Shown piece after piece: positions 1 through 10,742 of a stretch of 64,000 nucleotides of DNA. The translations under genes were made by a program, and so were the position numbers. Location: assembly GCA_034722055.1 (NCBI GenBank), contig JAYENL010000038.1, positions 23,677-87,676 on the forward strand. The letters run 5' to 3'. How positions within the stretch are numbered: the stretch's first letter is position 1; each line of letters opens with the position of its first letter. This DNA is from Armatimonadota bacterium (GTDB taxonomy: Bacteria > Armatimonadota > Zipacnadia > Zipacnadales > UBA5352). The notes under the pieces are model-generated. The model was not told where the DNA came from and made no database searches. It worked only from the letters and a program-made list of their open reading frames with translations.

Positions 1-2588
1 AGCTCTTCGAGTCCGACTACATCCACTCCATCTACAACCTCAGCTCCCCCCAGCCGGTCCGGATGTACACTGGAAGGGTCGCCCACGACCTCTCCGAGCC
101 GAAGTGGTGGCGCCAGGCGCTGGGTGAGCTGCACGCCCTGGGCGTCAACCAGACCGCTCCGCTGGTGACCTATGGCACAACCGCCATCTACCCAACACTG
201 ATACCGGAGCTGGAGCAGTCGCGGGGCTGGGCCGAGCTGGGGGTGGACCCCCTGCAGATGCTTCTGGATGCCTGCCAGGAGTCCGACGTGGCCTGCTTCC
301 CGGACGTCTGGCTCCACAGGGACGCCTCCCCGGAGCTGTCCGAGAAGGTCATCCGGGAGCTGATAGCGCGCTACGGCGACCACCCGGCCTTCAGGGGCAT
401 CGTGCCCGGCGTGGAGTCCAGCGGCGCCCATGGCATCACCTCCGAGGACTACATCGCGCTGGCCCGCCTGTGCAAGCAGCTCAAGCCGGGCGTGACGGTG
501 ATGGACTACCCCAACGGGCCGTTCTCCCCGCACATCCTGCAGACCATCATGGCCCGCTCGCTGTCGGGGCAGGTGGATATCGAGAACATCCAGTTCCACC
601 CCTCCGACCGCCGGTGGGACGGCAGCTTCACCTTCGCGCGGGGGCTGACGCACCTGGTCATGGGCCTGACGCCCGGAATCCGGTCGATCTGCCACACGCA
701 CTACAAGTACGGCGGCGGCCTGCGGTGGATCCAGCTCGACGACCTCTACCGCGTGCACCAGGCCGCGACGCTGACCGCCACGCCCGACGGGACCTCCATC
801 TTCCTGTTCACCGGCTGCATGTACGGGCGGGTGTCGGCGGGAGATCTGACGCCGACCATGCCCCGGCGGCTCTCGTGGTACGAGGGGATACTGGCCGTGC
901 AGCGGATGGTGCCCTACTTCGAGGATGCCCGGCCCGCCAACGCCGTGGGGATCATGATCCCCCGGCACATCCGCGAGTCCGGCCTCCAGCTCATCGAGGC
1001 CGCCTGGCTGCCGCTGGCGAAGCAGGCCATCGGCGCCCATTTCCTCGTGAATGAGACCAACATCGGGGAGCGGACACAGGCCCTGATCGTGCGCGGGCTG
1101 CAGTGGTGCTCCCCGGAGCAGGTGCGGCTGCTGGAGCGGTTCGTGGCGGAGGGCGGGGCGGCGTGCGTGTTCTGCCTTGAGGATCTCGGCGAGGCACAAC
1201 ACCTGGGCGAGCGCGCCGGCCGCGTGCTGGGCGAGACCTTCCAGGTCCCGTGGCAGCCGGCGGGGGTGACCGATGAGTTCGCGGAGGCTATCGGCCTCGA
1301 TGACCGGACCGGCGCGATGGACGTGACAGAGGCCCGCGAGGTCTCCTACGGTGACGGCAGCATCTACCTGGCGCCATTGGGAGGCGAAATCCGGGAGGGA
1401 TTCCTGCCCCGATGGGCCCGCGAGCACGCCCCGGAGCGCACGGTGGCGGTGGGCCTGGGCGAGGGCCTTGTGATGGACACCTGGCGCAAGTCCGACCGGA
1501 ACACCGACCTGGCGATGGTCATGTTCATGGGCACCACTGCGGGGCTGCAGGATGACAACGTCGTGGTGAGCCTCGCCAGCGACCTGTCCGATCCGCGCGC
1601 GTGGCTGCTGACCCCGGACACCGTCCAGCCGCTTCCAGCGCAGGCTGGTGCCGGGCGCGTGGAGGTGGCCGTTCCCCGCCTGCGCGACGAGTTCAACGCA
1701 CTGATCGTCAGCGAGAGCACCTATCCCTTCATCGTGCCTGAGACGCGCCTGCTGCGCTGCCGGACCGGCGAGAGCGTGCAGGTGCATTTCGGGGTGCTGA
1801 ACGCGCTGGATCGGGAGCTGCAGGGGAGCCTGGATATCATCGCTCCGGACGGATGGCCCCAGGCCGAGCCGAGCGCTATCGAGGTGGACCTGGAGCCCGG
1901 CAGCTCCGCGACGCTGGCCTGCTCCCTCCGCGTCCCGGAGGACGCAGTGCAGGCGCCGCATTTCGTGCGTCTGGAGCTGTCGGGTCTGGTGCAGCGCGTC
2001 ATGCTCTACCCGGAGGACGGCCGGCCGCAGCGCTTCACGGACCAGCCCGAGGAGGAGCTCCTGGCGGCCGAGCGCACCTCCCCGATCCTGGCCCCACCGG
2101 CCCCCCGGCAGACCATCAGTGAGCAGTGGCTTGAGGTCACTGCCGATGATCGCACGTCCGAGAACGTGCGAGCTCACAGCCCGGGCGTGTGCTTTTTGCC
2201 GGGCCCCGAGTGGGACCGGCCGCAGCAGCACGAGGGCCGGATGGCCCGCTACGGCGAGCACCTGCCGCGCCTGGGCGGCCCCAACTTCCTGGTCAACGAC
2301 CCGCCCGCGCGCGACATCGAGGTGCGCCTGACCTACTTCGCGCAGGCCCCGGGCACCATGAGCGTCTACGACGGCGAGCAGTACCACCAGGTGGCGGAAC
2401 TGACCGCCACCGGCGAGTGGGCCGTGGCGAGCGCCCGCGTGCCGCGGGAGATCATCATGTCATCCGCCGCTGATCGGCCGCAGCACCCGGGCCTGAACAT
2501 CATGTTCGTCGTGGACTGCCCGGCCGTGTGGGTGCACAAGATCGAGGTCCGCGCCGTGCCGGTGGAGGCAGGAGCCGGGGAGAAGTGA
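1..2588 (+). CDS. DUF4434-like glycoside hydrolase (TIM barrel) with downstream Ig/NEW3-like and beta-sandwich domains; 5' truncated by the window
   Basis: Frame is open from position 3 (LFESDYIHSIYNLSSPQPVRM...), so the true start lies upstream. DPLQMLLDAC...ELIARYGDHPAFRG resembles DUF4434; APDGWPQAEP...LRVPEDA resembles NEW3. Confidence 0.6.
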   Translation, partial: LFESDYIHSIYNLSSPQPVRMYTGRVAHDLSEPKWWRQALGELHALGVNQTAPLVTYGTTAIYPTLIPELEQSRGWAELGVDPLQMLLDACQESDVACFPDVWLHRDASPELSEKVIRELIARYGDHPAFRGIVPGVESSGAHGITSEDYIALARLCKQLKPGVTVMDYPNGPFSPHILQTIMARSLSGQVDIENIQFHPSDRRWDGSFTFARGLTHLVMGLTPGIRSICHTHYKYGGGLRWIQLDDLYRVHQAATLTATPDGTSIFLFTGCMYGRVSAGDLTPTMPRRLSWYEGILAVQRMVPYFEDARPANAVGIMIPRHIRESGLQLIEAAWLPLAKQAIGAHFLVNETNIGERTQALIVRGLQWCSPEQVRLLERFVAEGGAACVFCLEDLGEAQHLGERAGRVLGETFQVPWQPAGVTDEFAEAIGLDDRTGAMDVTEAREVSYGDGSIYLAPLGGEIREGFLPRWAREHAPERTVAVGLGEGLVMDTWRKSDRNTDLAMVMFMGTTAGLQDDNVVVSLASDLSDPRAWLLTPDTVQPLPAQAGAGRVEVAVPRLRDEFNALIVSESTYPFIVPETRLLRCRTGESVQVHFGVLNALDRELQGSLDIIAPDGWPQAEPSAIEVDLEPGSSATLACSLRVPEDAVQAPHFVRLELSGLVQRVMLYPEDGRPQRFTDQPEEELLAAERTSPILAPPAPRQTISEQWLEVTADDRTSENVRAHSPGVCFLPGPEWDRPQQHEGRMARYGEHLPRLGGPNFLVNDPPARDIEVRLTYFAQAPGTMSVYDGEQYHQVAELTATGEWAVASARVPREIIMSSAADRPQHPGLNIMFVVDCPAVWVHKIEVRAVPVEAGAGEK

Positions 2589-2644
2589 CTGCTCGTGGTG
2601 AGAGCCCAGAAAGAGGCGACAAGCGACTGAGGAGGCCGACCGCG

Positions 2645-5600
2645 ATGAAGCCGATCATCGTGATGCTGGCCGTGCTGGTTGCAGCCGGCATGGCGTGGGG
2701 CAAGGGGGCGCGAACCTACTACGATGACGCCACCATGGCCCGGATGCGCGAGAAACTGCAGGAGCACGAGTGGGCGCGGGACCAGGCGCAGTCCCTGCGC
2801 TCCGCGGCCGAGTGGTACATGTCGATGTCCGACCAGGAGCTGTGGGAGTTCGTGCCCCCGCCCGAGCAGATGCGGGCCATCAACGTCTGCATCGGCCACG
2901 ACTGCCCCTTCTGCGGCCCGGAGATCACGCGCGAAGCCGGCCACTACCCCTGGGAGATGGATCGCGACAAGCCCTTCAAGGTCACCTGCCCCGTGTGCGG
3001 GCGGACCTTCCCTGAGAACGAGTTCGAGCCCTGGAACACCGAGGGCCTGGAGGGCGAGCCCGAGACCGGGGAGCGGATCGTGGACAACGGGCTCGGCTGG
3101 GTGGGGCCGGACGGGCGCCGCTACTGGTTCGTGTCCTACTACATCTTCTGGCAGCGGTGGGTCAGGGACATCCTGGGCGGGATGGCCACGCTCAGCCGCG
3201 CGTACCTGGTCACCGGCGAGCCCGAGTACGGGCACACCTGCGCCGTGATGATGGCGAAGCTTGCGAGCGAGTACAGGCGCTTTGACTACCGCACCCAGGG
3301 CTATCACGAGGGGCGGTTCAATGTGGCGGGCCGCATTTCCGACCGCATCTGGACCACCGGCGACGACACGAAGATCGCCCTGGCCTATGACGCCATCTAC
3401 CCCATCTTTGACGAGGATCAGGCGCTGAGGAGCTTCCTTGCGGAGAAGGGGATCGAGGACCCGCGCCATACCATCGAGCAGGACATGCTCAACGTCATGG
3501 CCGAGGACGTGATGGGCGGGGTGAATGCCGTCGGCAACATGGGCATGCATCAGCGCACGCTGTGCGTGCTGGCGATCGTCCTGGCCAATGATGACCCAGA
3601 GAGCGGGCCGACGACGGCGCAGATGCGACAGTGGCTGATGAGCGGGCCGGGCCGGGTCGAGGACCTGCTGTGGAACGGCTTCTGGCGGGATGGCCTGGGC
3701 GCCGAGAGCGCGCCGGGCTACTCGTCGAGCTGGTGTCGCAACTTCTACGAGATCGCGGACCTGCTGCCGCGGCTGGGCGTGGAGATCTGGGACAACCCCA
3801 AGCTGAAGAAGATGGCCGACGTCGGGATCGACACCGCCGTCTGCGGCCGTTGGGGCCCGGACATCGGCGACTGCGGAGGCCCGCGCGGCGGCGGGCCGGT
3901 CGCCAGACACGCCCAGTTGCAGGGCCGCGCATTCACGCGCTACGGCGAGCCGCGCTTCGCCAAGCTCCTGGCTCAGATCAACGCCACCTCGCGCGATCTG
4001 TTCACCGACTACTTCGACGAAGAGGCAGTGGCTCAAGTGGTCGAGGCGGAGGGCGCCGAGCCTGACCTGGGCACACGGGATATCGGCGGCTACGGGCTGG
4101 CGGTCCTCGAGGCCGGCGAGGGCGAGAACTGCTGCGGCCTGACCATGTACTACGGATCCGCCGCCGGCGGCCACGGCCATCACGACCGCCTGAACATCGA
4201 GATGTGGTCACACGACCGCCCGATGCTCCCCGACGACGGCTACCCCTTCCCCTTCACGCGGCCCGACTTCTGGCGCTGGCGCTCAACCGACACCCACAAG
4301 CACTACTGCGTGGTCGTGGACGAGACGACGCACAACACTCGTCACGCCGGCGACCTGAACCTCCTGGTCTCGACGCCCCAGGTCCAGCTCGCCGATGCCT
4401 CCGCCGAGATCGCGTATCCCGACAGGGTCTCGCTGTATCGGCGCACGGCCGCGCTCATCGACATCTCCCCTGAGGCATCGTATCTGCTGGACATCTTCCG
4501 CGTGCGCGGCGGCTCCCAGCACGACTGGTGCTTCCACGGCCCGATCTGGTTCGACCTGTCGATAGAGGGCGGCGAACTGGGCCCGGCGCGGACAGAGGGG
4601 ACGCTGGCCGGACCCAACGTGCCCTTCGGCACCCAGCCTCACGCCGGGGTGCATGGCGGCATCCCCATGAACCTGCTGCGCGCCGAGGGGCTGCTGACCG
4701 GCGAGGACTACGGCCCGCTGTCCGCGGAGGGCTGGGCGCGCTTCGGCCCGGCGGTGCTCACCAAGAGGCCCCGCGCAGCCATAGCGCTGCCGACGGTGCC
4801 CGTGCCGGCCGGGCACGTCCGGGTCTTCGCCCACATCTACGACTACAACGAGGGCGCGAACCTGCTGGAGGTCACTGCCGGCGGCGTGACCGCGTCAGTT
4901 CACTGCCAGCCCTCCGGTGCCGAGGGCTACCGCTGGGTCTCCGCCGAGATGGACCTTCCCGAGCCCGCCACGGAGGTGACGCTGACCGCGCGCGAGGTGG
5001 GCCAGAAGTACCTGCAGCTCGACCAGGTCGTCTTCGTCACCGATCCGGAGGTCGATCGCCCGCGGGTGGTCGGCGACGGCACCTCCGGCTACCATGGCCT
5101 CTACAACGTGCGCCGCATGTCGCCTCAGGGCCAGTGGCGGGCGATGTGGCGCAAGCCCGACGAGGACCTGGGCCTCACCATGACCATGCCCGCGGGTCTG
5201 GCGCAGGAGGTGATCGTCTGCGACGCCTCGCCGGAGCTGCAGCCCGGCAATCCGGACGTCATCCAGTACGTCCTGGGCCGCCGACGTCTGTCTGACGAGC
5301 GAATTGACGCCGGCGGCGAGCTGCTCTCCCGGTTTGTGGCGGCGGTCGAGCCGCATCAAGGCGCGGCCGCCATCAGCGGCGTCGAGCTGCTGGAGGGCAC
5401 CGGCGCCAGTCCGGAGACGGTCGGCGTGGCCGTGCACCGCGAGGGGGCGGCCGATCTGATCCACAGTGCGCTCGACCGGGAGAGCTGCCAGTGGCGGTAC
5501 AATGGCGAGACGCTCTCGGTGGACGCCGAGTACGCCCTGGTCACGCTTGACGATGCGGGGGTGGCACGCGCAGTGGTCGTCAATGGCACCGGCCTGCGCT

Positions 5601-6136
5601 ACGGGGACTTCTCGCTTGACGCCGCACCCGCGCTGAAGGCCACCGTCACCGCGGTGGACTTCGGCGGCAATGCCATCGTTATCGACGCCGAGATCGCCGA
5701 TCCGCAGCAGCTCGCGGGCGACGTCGTGATCCTGGGCAACCACCTGCAGCGAGCCAGCTACACCGTGGCCGAGGCCGGCGCGGTGGAGGGCGGCACGCGC
5801 CTGGGCTTCGGGGACGTGCTGTTCGTCTTCGGCATGGGCGCCGTCGCGGAGACCGACGCGGACGCCGGCGTCGTGACCTCAGACCGGGACCTCATCGGCT
5901 ACGGGCGCGTCGATGCCGGCAGGCACGCCGGCCGGTGGCTCTACAATGACGATCGCTCGCGGGGCTTCCGTATATCCTCCGTCTCCAGGACGGAGTTTGT
6001 TCTCGAGAATGCCGCGGATGCTCTTGACGAGGTCTTCGGCGATGCTGACGGTGACGGCCGCCGCGTCTACTGGATCAGCGATGTGGGCCCCGCCGACTTC
6101 TGTCGCATCCCGCGGGCGACCGTTTACCAGCGCTGA
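2645..6136 (+). CDS. Secreted heparinase II/III-like (polysaccharide lyase-type) protein
   Basis: Start moved to ATG 2645 (GAGGAGG upstream; signal peptide MKPIIVMLAVLVAAGMAWG). Motifs GHGHHDRLNIEM, HYCVVVDE, YRRTAALIDIS..SYLLDIFRVRGG, ESAPGY. Confidence 0.75.
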   Translation: MKPIIVMLAVLVAAGMAWGKGARTYYDDATMARMREKLQEHEWARDQAQSLRSAAEWYMSMSDQELWEFVPPPEQMRAINVCIGHDCPFCGPEITREAGHYPWEMDRDKPFKVTCPVCGRTFPENEFEPWNTEGLEGEPETGERIVDNGLGWVGPDGRRYWFVSYYIFWQRWVRDILGGMATLSRAYLVTGEPEYGHTCAVMMAKLASEYRRFDYRTQGYHEGRFNVAGRISDRIWTTGDDTKIALAYDAIYPIFDEDQALRSFLAEKGIEDPRHTIEQDMLNVMAEDVMGGVNAVGNMGMHQRTLCVLAIVLANDDPESGPTTAQMRQWLMSGPGRVEDLLWNGFWRDGLGAESAPGYSSSWCRNFYEIADLLPRLGVEIWDNPKLKKMADVGIDTAVCGRWGPDIGDCGGPRGGGPVARHAQLQGRAFTRYGEPRFAKLLAQINATSRDLFTDYFDEEAVAQVVEAEGAEPDLGTRDIGGYGLAVLEAGEGENCCGLTMYYGSAAGGHGHHDRLNIEMWSHDRPMLPDDGYPFPFTRPDFWRWRSTDTHKHYCVVVDETTHNTRHAGDLNLLVSTPQVQLADASAEIAYPDRVSLYRRTAALIDISPEASYLLDIFRVRGGSQHDWCFHGPIWFDLSIEGGELGPARTEGTLAGPNVPFGTQPHAGVHGGIPMNLLRAEGLLTGEDYGPLSAEGWARFGPAVLTKRPRAAIALPTVPVPAGHVRVFAHIYDYNEGANLLEVTAGGVTASVHCQPSGAEGYRWVSAEMDLPEPATEVTLTAREVGQKYLQLDQVVFVTDPEVDRPRVVGDGTSGYHGLYNVRRMSPQGQWRAMWRKPDEDLGLTMTMPAGLAQEVIVCDASPELQPGNPDVIQYVLGRRRLSDERIDAGGELLSRFVAAVEPHQGAAAISGVELLEGTGASPETVGVAVHREGAADLIHSALDRESCQWRYNGETLSVDAEYALVTLDDAGVARAVVVNGTGLRYGDFSLDAAPALKATVTAVDFGGNAIVIDAEIADPQQLAGDVVILGNHLQRASYTVAEAGAVEGGTRLGFGDVLFVFGMGAVAETDADAGVVTSDRDLIGYGRVDAGRHAGRWLYNDDRSRGFRISSVSRTEFVLENAADALDEVFGDADGDGRRVYWISDVGPADFCRIPRATVYQR

Positions 6137-6152
6137 GCAGCCACGGAGCTTC

Positions 6153-6286
6153 GTGGGGCAGACATCCCTGCGTGCCGCGAACAGTGTGAGGCCGTGGAAC
6201 GACCGTGTTGGGCCTCGCTCCTTCGGCGCTCGTGCGGCCCCTCCGACGGCAACGGCAAACGACCGCAGGCTGGAAGCCTGCGCCAC
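6153..6286. repeat. REP-like palindrome pair (REPIN-like) with ACGGCA repeats
   Basis: GTGGGGCAGACATCCCTGCGTGCC at 6153-6176 and inverted GCAGGCTGGAAGCCTGCGCCAC at 6265-6286. Segment 6201-6245 is shared with 25607-25665. Confidence 0.55.
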
Positions 6287-6369
6287 GGGAGAGGGTTGAT
6301 CTGCAGGTCTGCAACGCTCTCACGGTCAAGACCACTCTGCACTCACTGAGGCGTTGGGAGGCGACGCCC

Positions 6370-9300
6370 ATGCAGCGGCGCGCGACGATTCTAATCGGGG
6401 CGATACTCATGGCGGGCCCGGTCATGGCGCAGGACGACTTCCATCCGAAGCGCTTCCACCTGGCGGTGCCGCTGGTGCAGGACGGGGAGCCCGTGGCCGC
6501 GATCGTGGCTGGGGAGGGCGCAGGCTACGCGGAGGTTGCCACACGAGTGCAGGTAGCGGTTCGCGAGGCCAGCGGCGCCGAGCTGCCGATCGTGGCGCCG
6601 GACGAGGCGCTGCCCCAGGCCTGGACGCCGGGCCGCAGCTTCATCGTGCTGGGGCGGCTCGGCGACAGCGCGGCGGTTGACGCGCTGTATCGCAATCACT
6701 ACGTGTGCGCGGACGCAATCTATCCCGGAGAGGGTGGGCACGAGCTGCGCACGGTGCACGATCCGTGGGGCACCGGCGCCTCGGCAGTATTCCTGGGAGG
6801 CAGCGACCTGGCCGGCGTCGGGCGAGCCGTAGATCGCTTCATTGAGCTTCTGCCGGAGGGCGCCAGCATTGTGATCCCGCACACCATCGACGTCGCGGGG
6901 CCGGCTGTGCCGGGCCCCATGACGGAGGAGATGGCGGAGCAGATCCGGGAGCAGCTTCCGACCGCGAACTTCCGGTCCGTGGGCTCCAGGGCGTCGAGCG
7001 GCTGCCAGAACCACCATCGCTCCGGCGACCCGGGCCATGCGGAGATCGCGCGAGATGCCCTCTATCGGCTGCAGGAGATCGTGGCCGGGATGGAGGAGGT
7101 CGGCGACTCCCGCGGCGTGGTCTACCTGCCCACGCTCTTCGACCTGGTCGAGGAGTGCGACGCCTGGACGGATGAGGACCGCGAGCGCCTCAGCCGCTTC
7201 ATGCTCCAGTTCGCCCGGAAGCTGCACTACGCGCGCGCAGACGTCGAGCCCTCGCCGGTGCCGCACGGGAACAACTGGAACATCCGCACGGCCTGGTCGG
7301 CGGCCCGCTACTTCCAGAAGTACTGCGGCCTCGACATCAACGGGACGCTGAACGAGAACGTGGACACCTACTTCGCCAACCAGATGACGTGGAAGTCGCG
7401 CGAGGACTGCCCGGGCTACGGCTCCATCACCGTCATCGACATCCTGCACTACGTGCTGAAGAGGCCGGACTTCGAGGCCTACTTCGGCTCCGGGCTGGCC
7501 CCGAAGATGGCCGAGTACGCCATGACCGTCACCGACAACCTGGGGGGCCTGGCCGGCTTCGGTGACATCTCCGGACACCACACCTCCGCGCACTTCCCCG
7601 ACCCCATGGCCGTCCTGGCGTGGTACTACCGCGACGGCCGCTACCTGTGGATCCGCGAGAAGATGGCCGGGGCGGGCGGCGGCGCGGACTTCCTCGGCCA
7701 CTGTTTCCTCATCGACGACCTCCAGCCCGAGGAGCCCACCGACCTGCTGGGCGTGCACGTCCTCCCGCTGGAGGACTGGATCTACGAGAACCGCGACGAC
7801 GTGCTGGCCACGGGCGTGGCGCTGACCGACCAGATGCTCCGCGCTGGCGAGAACCCGCCGCACGAGCAGTGCTTCGACAAGATCTCCTTCCGCGATGGCT
7901 TCGCGGAGGACAATCAGTACCTCCTGCTGGGCGGCCAGTCGCACGGCTATCACTCGCACCCGGACGGTAACGCCATCATCAGCTTCACCGACAGCGGGAA
8001 GCTGTGGCTCTTCGACAACGGCTATTTCGTCCCCGATACCACGGAGCACAACACCGTGGCGGTCTTCAGAGACGGGCTCTTTCAGCCTGTTCCGCGGCTC
8101 ACGGGCCTCGATGCCATGGCCGACCTTCCCTCCGTGGGCATGACCCGCACCTCGGTGCGCGGCTACAACGGCATGGACTGGCGCCGCAACATCATCTGGG
8201 CGAAGGAGCGCTACTTCCTCGTGCTGGATGAGCTGACCGCGCGGGAGGATGGCGACTTCGGGGTCCAGTGCATCTTCCGCGTGATCGGCGAGCCGGAGAT
8301 CCAGGGCGACCGTGCCATCATCCACGACGGCGGCAAGCGCATGGCGCTGGTGACCGACGGGCGGCCGACGTGGGAGACCCGGCCGGTGACGCCGCCGGCA
8401 GCAGGGCGCCGGGGGCTCTTCCAGAACCAGAACGCCCGCCTGGCGGCGGGAGAGGGGCTCAGCTTCTTGAGCTGCTTCTACTGCCCGGACGGGGAGGAGG
8501 ACGCGCCGTGGGAGATCGTGCGGGCGGCCGATAACGCGGTGCTGATCGGCGGCCCGGATGGGGTTGCCTGCGCCGGGGCCGGCTCGCTGGCGGCAGAGGG
8601 CCTGCCGCAGGTGGAGGCCGCGCTGTTCCACCTCACGCCCACGCGCATCTGCCTGGCCGACGCCACCAGCCTGGCCTGGCCCGAGCCGCTGGTGACCAGT
8701 GACGGCGCGCCGGTGGACGTCGAGGTGGACCTGGCGGCCGGGACTGGCGCGATTGTCTGCACTGAGGCCGTCACCGTGCGCATACCGCCGGCCTGTGCGC
8801 AGGAGCTGACGGTGGACGGCCGCGTCCCGGACTTCACCGCCGAGAACGGCCTGGTGCCGCTGGCCCTGGAGCCCGGCGAGCACGAGCTGCGCTTCGCCGC
8901 CACGGACGCAACGCTGGGCGATGCGGAGGGCCTGCGCACGACATTCGCGCGGCTCGCGGCCGAGAAGGGTGAGCGCCTGGCCGAGCGGGCGGGCGAGGTG
9001 GCGAGGGTCGGCGAGGAGCTGTTCCGCCACGAGGACACCCGGCAGGTGCCCCGGACCGTGTGGGTTGACGCCGAGACCGGTGAGGAGGTCCAGGAGCTGG
9101 CGCACCTGGGCACAGCCAGCGCATGGACCGAGGCGCAGGCGGGCTGCGGCCCCAGCGACGCCACCGATGGCGACCTGGAGAGCTACAGTGCGGTCAGCAG
9201 CAGGGCGCCGCATACCAGCGACCTGCCCAAGGACCTCGGCGTGGAGTGGGACGAGCCGCGGACGATCAGCCAGGCGTGGTTCTGGCATTACAGCCCGCCC

Positions 9301-10605
9301 TATGCGCCGGCGGAGGACGGCCACGACATTCAGGTCTGGGATGGCAAGCAGTGGGTCTCGGTCGATGACACCGTGGAGGTCCTGGATGACGGCGCGACGT
9401 GGGTCCACACCTTCGAGCCGGTGGAGACCACGCGCCTGCGGCTGTATGTGACCGCCTTCGCCCAGTCCCGGACGGCCATCCGCGAGATGAAGATGTTCGC
9501 GCGGCCGGCGGTGCCCGAGGAGCGGGTGGAGGTGCTGCCGAACGACGTCTACGTGATGGTCACCGGGGACATCACCGGTGACGGCGCGCAGGAGACGGTG
9601 GCCTGCATCGGCGGGGACGTGGTGGTGCTGGCGGCAGATGGCACGACCTTGTGGCGGCAGCCGGTCGGCACCAAGCGCGGTCGGTCGATGGACGTCTTCG
9701 ACCTCAACGCCGACGGCCGCCCCGAGATCATCGTGGGCGGGCAGGATCACCGGGTGCACTGCTATGACGCGGACGGCAACGAGCTGTGGGTCACGATGTG
9801 CCCCGCCGATCCCTTCCAGCCCGAGCGCGAGCCTGAGACGGGCTACATCGATGTCCTGGCGGCCGGCGACATCGACGGCGACGGCCTCGGCGAGGTGGTC
9901 TTCGGGGCCTCCAACTGGTTCGCCTACGCCCTCGACCACGAGGGGAATCTGCTGTGGCGGGCGCTGAACTGGGCGCATCCGCCGCTGGACATCACACTCC
10001 ACGACGTGACCGGCGACGGCCGGCTGGAGGCGCTGATCGCCACACGCTACAACACCGCGAATCTCTTCACCGCCGACGGCGAGCGGATCGACGCCGTCAG
10101 CGCCGGCTACCACGGCATCCCCATGTCCGTGGCCGCCGGCGACCTCGACGGCAACGGCGCGGTGGAGATGGTCATCGGCTCCCGCATCGGCAATGTGCAC
10201 TGCAAGGAGCATGAGGGCGAGCGCGCCTGGGAGCTGGCCATGGGGAGCCAGGTGACCGACGTTGCCGTCGCCGACGTTGACGGTGACGGCTCGTTGGAGG
10301 TCCTGGCGTGCTCCAGCAACCACTACGTCATCTGCACGGATGCCGACGGGGCCGTCCTGTGGCGGCGCAACGTGGGCGGCGCCGCCCGGCAGATGGCGGT
10401 CGGTGACATCGACGGCGACGGCCTCCCGGAGATCGCGGTGGCCGTGGCCGACGGGCCGCCGGCGCTGCTCGACAGCGACGGCACGCTGCTGGGCAGAGCC
10501 GGCGCCCTCGACGCCGAGCACCTGGCGCTGGCTGACCTGACCGGCGAGGGGCGGCTGGTGCTGGTGACGGCGGCGCCCGGGGAGATCGTGGCTGTCCGCC
10601 CCTGA
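6370..10605 (+). CDS. Secreted multidomain protein: heparinase II/III-like + discoidin (F5/8 type C) + FG-GAP/PQQ-like propeller
   Basis: ATG 6370 after GGGAGG; signal peptide ending PVMA/Q. HGYHSHPDGNAII and EHNTV (heparinase-like); ATDGD...FEPVETTRLRL...IREM (discoidin); many DxDGDG repeats. Confidence 0.7.
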   Translation: MQRRATILIGAILMAGPVMAQDDFHPKRFHLAVPLVQDGEPVAAIVAGEGAGYAEVATRVQVAVREASGAELPIVAPDEALPQAWTPGRSFIVLGRLGDSAAVDALYRNHYVCADAIYPGEGGHELRTVHDPWGTGASAVFLGGSDLAGVGRAVDRFIELLPEGASIVIPHTIDVAGPAVPGPMTEEMAEQIREQLPTANFRSVGSRASSGCQNHHRSGDPGHAEIARDALYRLQEIVAGMEEVGDSRGVVYLPTLFDLVEECDAWTDEDRERLSRFMLQFARKLHYARADVEPSPVPHGNNWNIRTAWSAARYFQKYCGLDINGTLNENVDTYFANQMTWKSREDCPGYGSITVIDILHYVLKRPDFEAYFGSGLAPKMAEYAMTVTDNLGGLAGFGDISGHHTSAHFPDPMAVLAWYYRDGRYLWIREKMAGAGGGADFLGHCFLIDDLQPEEPTDLLGVHVLPLEDWIYENRDDVLATGVALTDQMLRAGENPPHEQCFDKISFRDGFAEDNQYLLLGGQSHGYHSHPDGNAIISFTDSGKLWLFDNGYFVPDTTEHNTVAVFRDGLFQPVPRLTGLDAMADLPSVGMTRTSVRGYNGMDWRRNIIWAKERYFLVLDELTAREDGDFGVQCIFRVIGEPEIQGDRAIIHDGGKRMALVTDGRPTWETRPVTPPAAGRRGLFQNQNARLAAGEGLSFLSCFYCPDGEEDAPWEIVRAADNAVLIGGPDGVACAGAGSLAAEGLPQVEAALFHLTPTRICLADATSLAWPEPLVTSDGAPVDVEVDLAAGTGAIVCTEAVTVRIPPACAQELTVDGRVPDFTAENGLVPLALEPGEHELRFAATDATLGDAEGLRTTFARLAAEKGERLAERAGEVARVGEELFRHEDTRQVPRTVWVDAETGEEVQELAHLGTASAWTEAQAGCGPSDATDGDLESYSAVSSRAPHTSDLPKDLGVEWDEPRTISQAWFWHYSPPYAPAEDGHDIQVWDGKQWVSVDDTVEVLDDGATWVHTFEPVETTRLRLYVTAFAQSRTAIREMKMFARPAVPEERVEVLPNDVYVMVTGDITGDGAQETVACIGGDVVVLAADGTTLWRQPVGTKRGRSMDVFDLNADGRPEIIVGGQDHRVHCYDADGNELWVTMCPADPFQPEREPETGYIDVLAAGDIDGDGLGEVVFGASNWFAYALDHEGNLLWRALNWAHPPLDITLHDVTGDGRLEALIATRYNTANLFTADGERIDAVSAGYHGIPMSVAAGDLDGNGAVEMVIGSRIGNVHCKEHEGERAWELAMGSQVTDVAVADVDGDGSLEVLACSSNHYVICTDADGAVLWRRNVGGAARQMAVGDIDGDGLPEIAVAVADGPPALLDSDGTLLGRAGALDAEHLALADLTGEGRLVLVTAAPGEIVAVRP

Positions 10606-10650
10606 GGCGCGCCATCGAGGAGCGCTCGAGCGCACCTCGATGCGTCAGGC
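10600..10650. other. Intergenic stem-loop without U tract
   Basis: CATCGAGG-a-GCGC-TCGA-GCGC-a-CCTCGATG at 10613-10642, just after the stop codon. Confidence 0.45.
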
Positions 10651-10742
10651 TGAAGGCCGGCGTGTCCGGGACGGCGAAAACGCGGGCGATGCAAGATCGA
10701 TCGTCCGCCAACGCTCGACGAGGGAGAACCGGGAGGGATTCG

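Noticed and set aside
6391..10635. 1414-aa antisense ORF, and similar long antisense ORFs at 2366-4183, 17138-18871, 20026-21840, 46713-48251 and 55494-57746
   Set aside because: Shadow frames of real high-GC genes; no recognisable motifs, and each overlaps a well-supported CDS.
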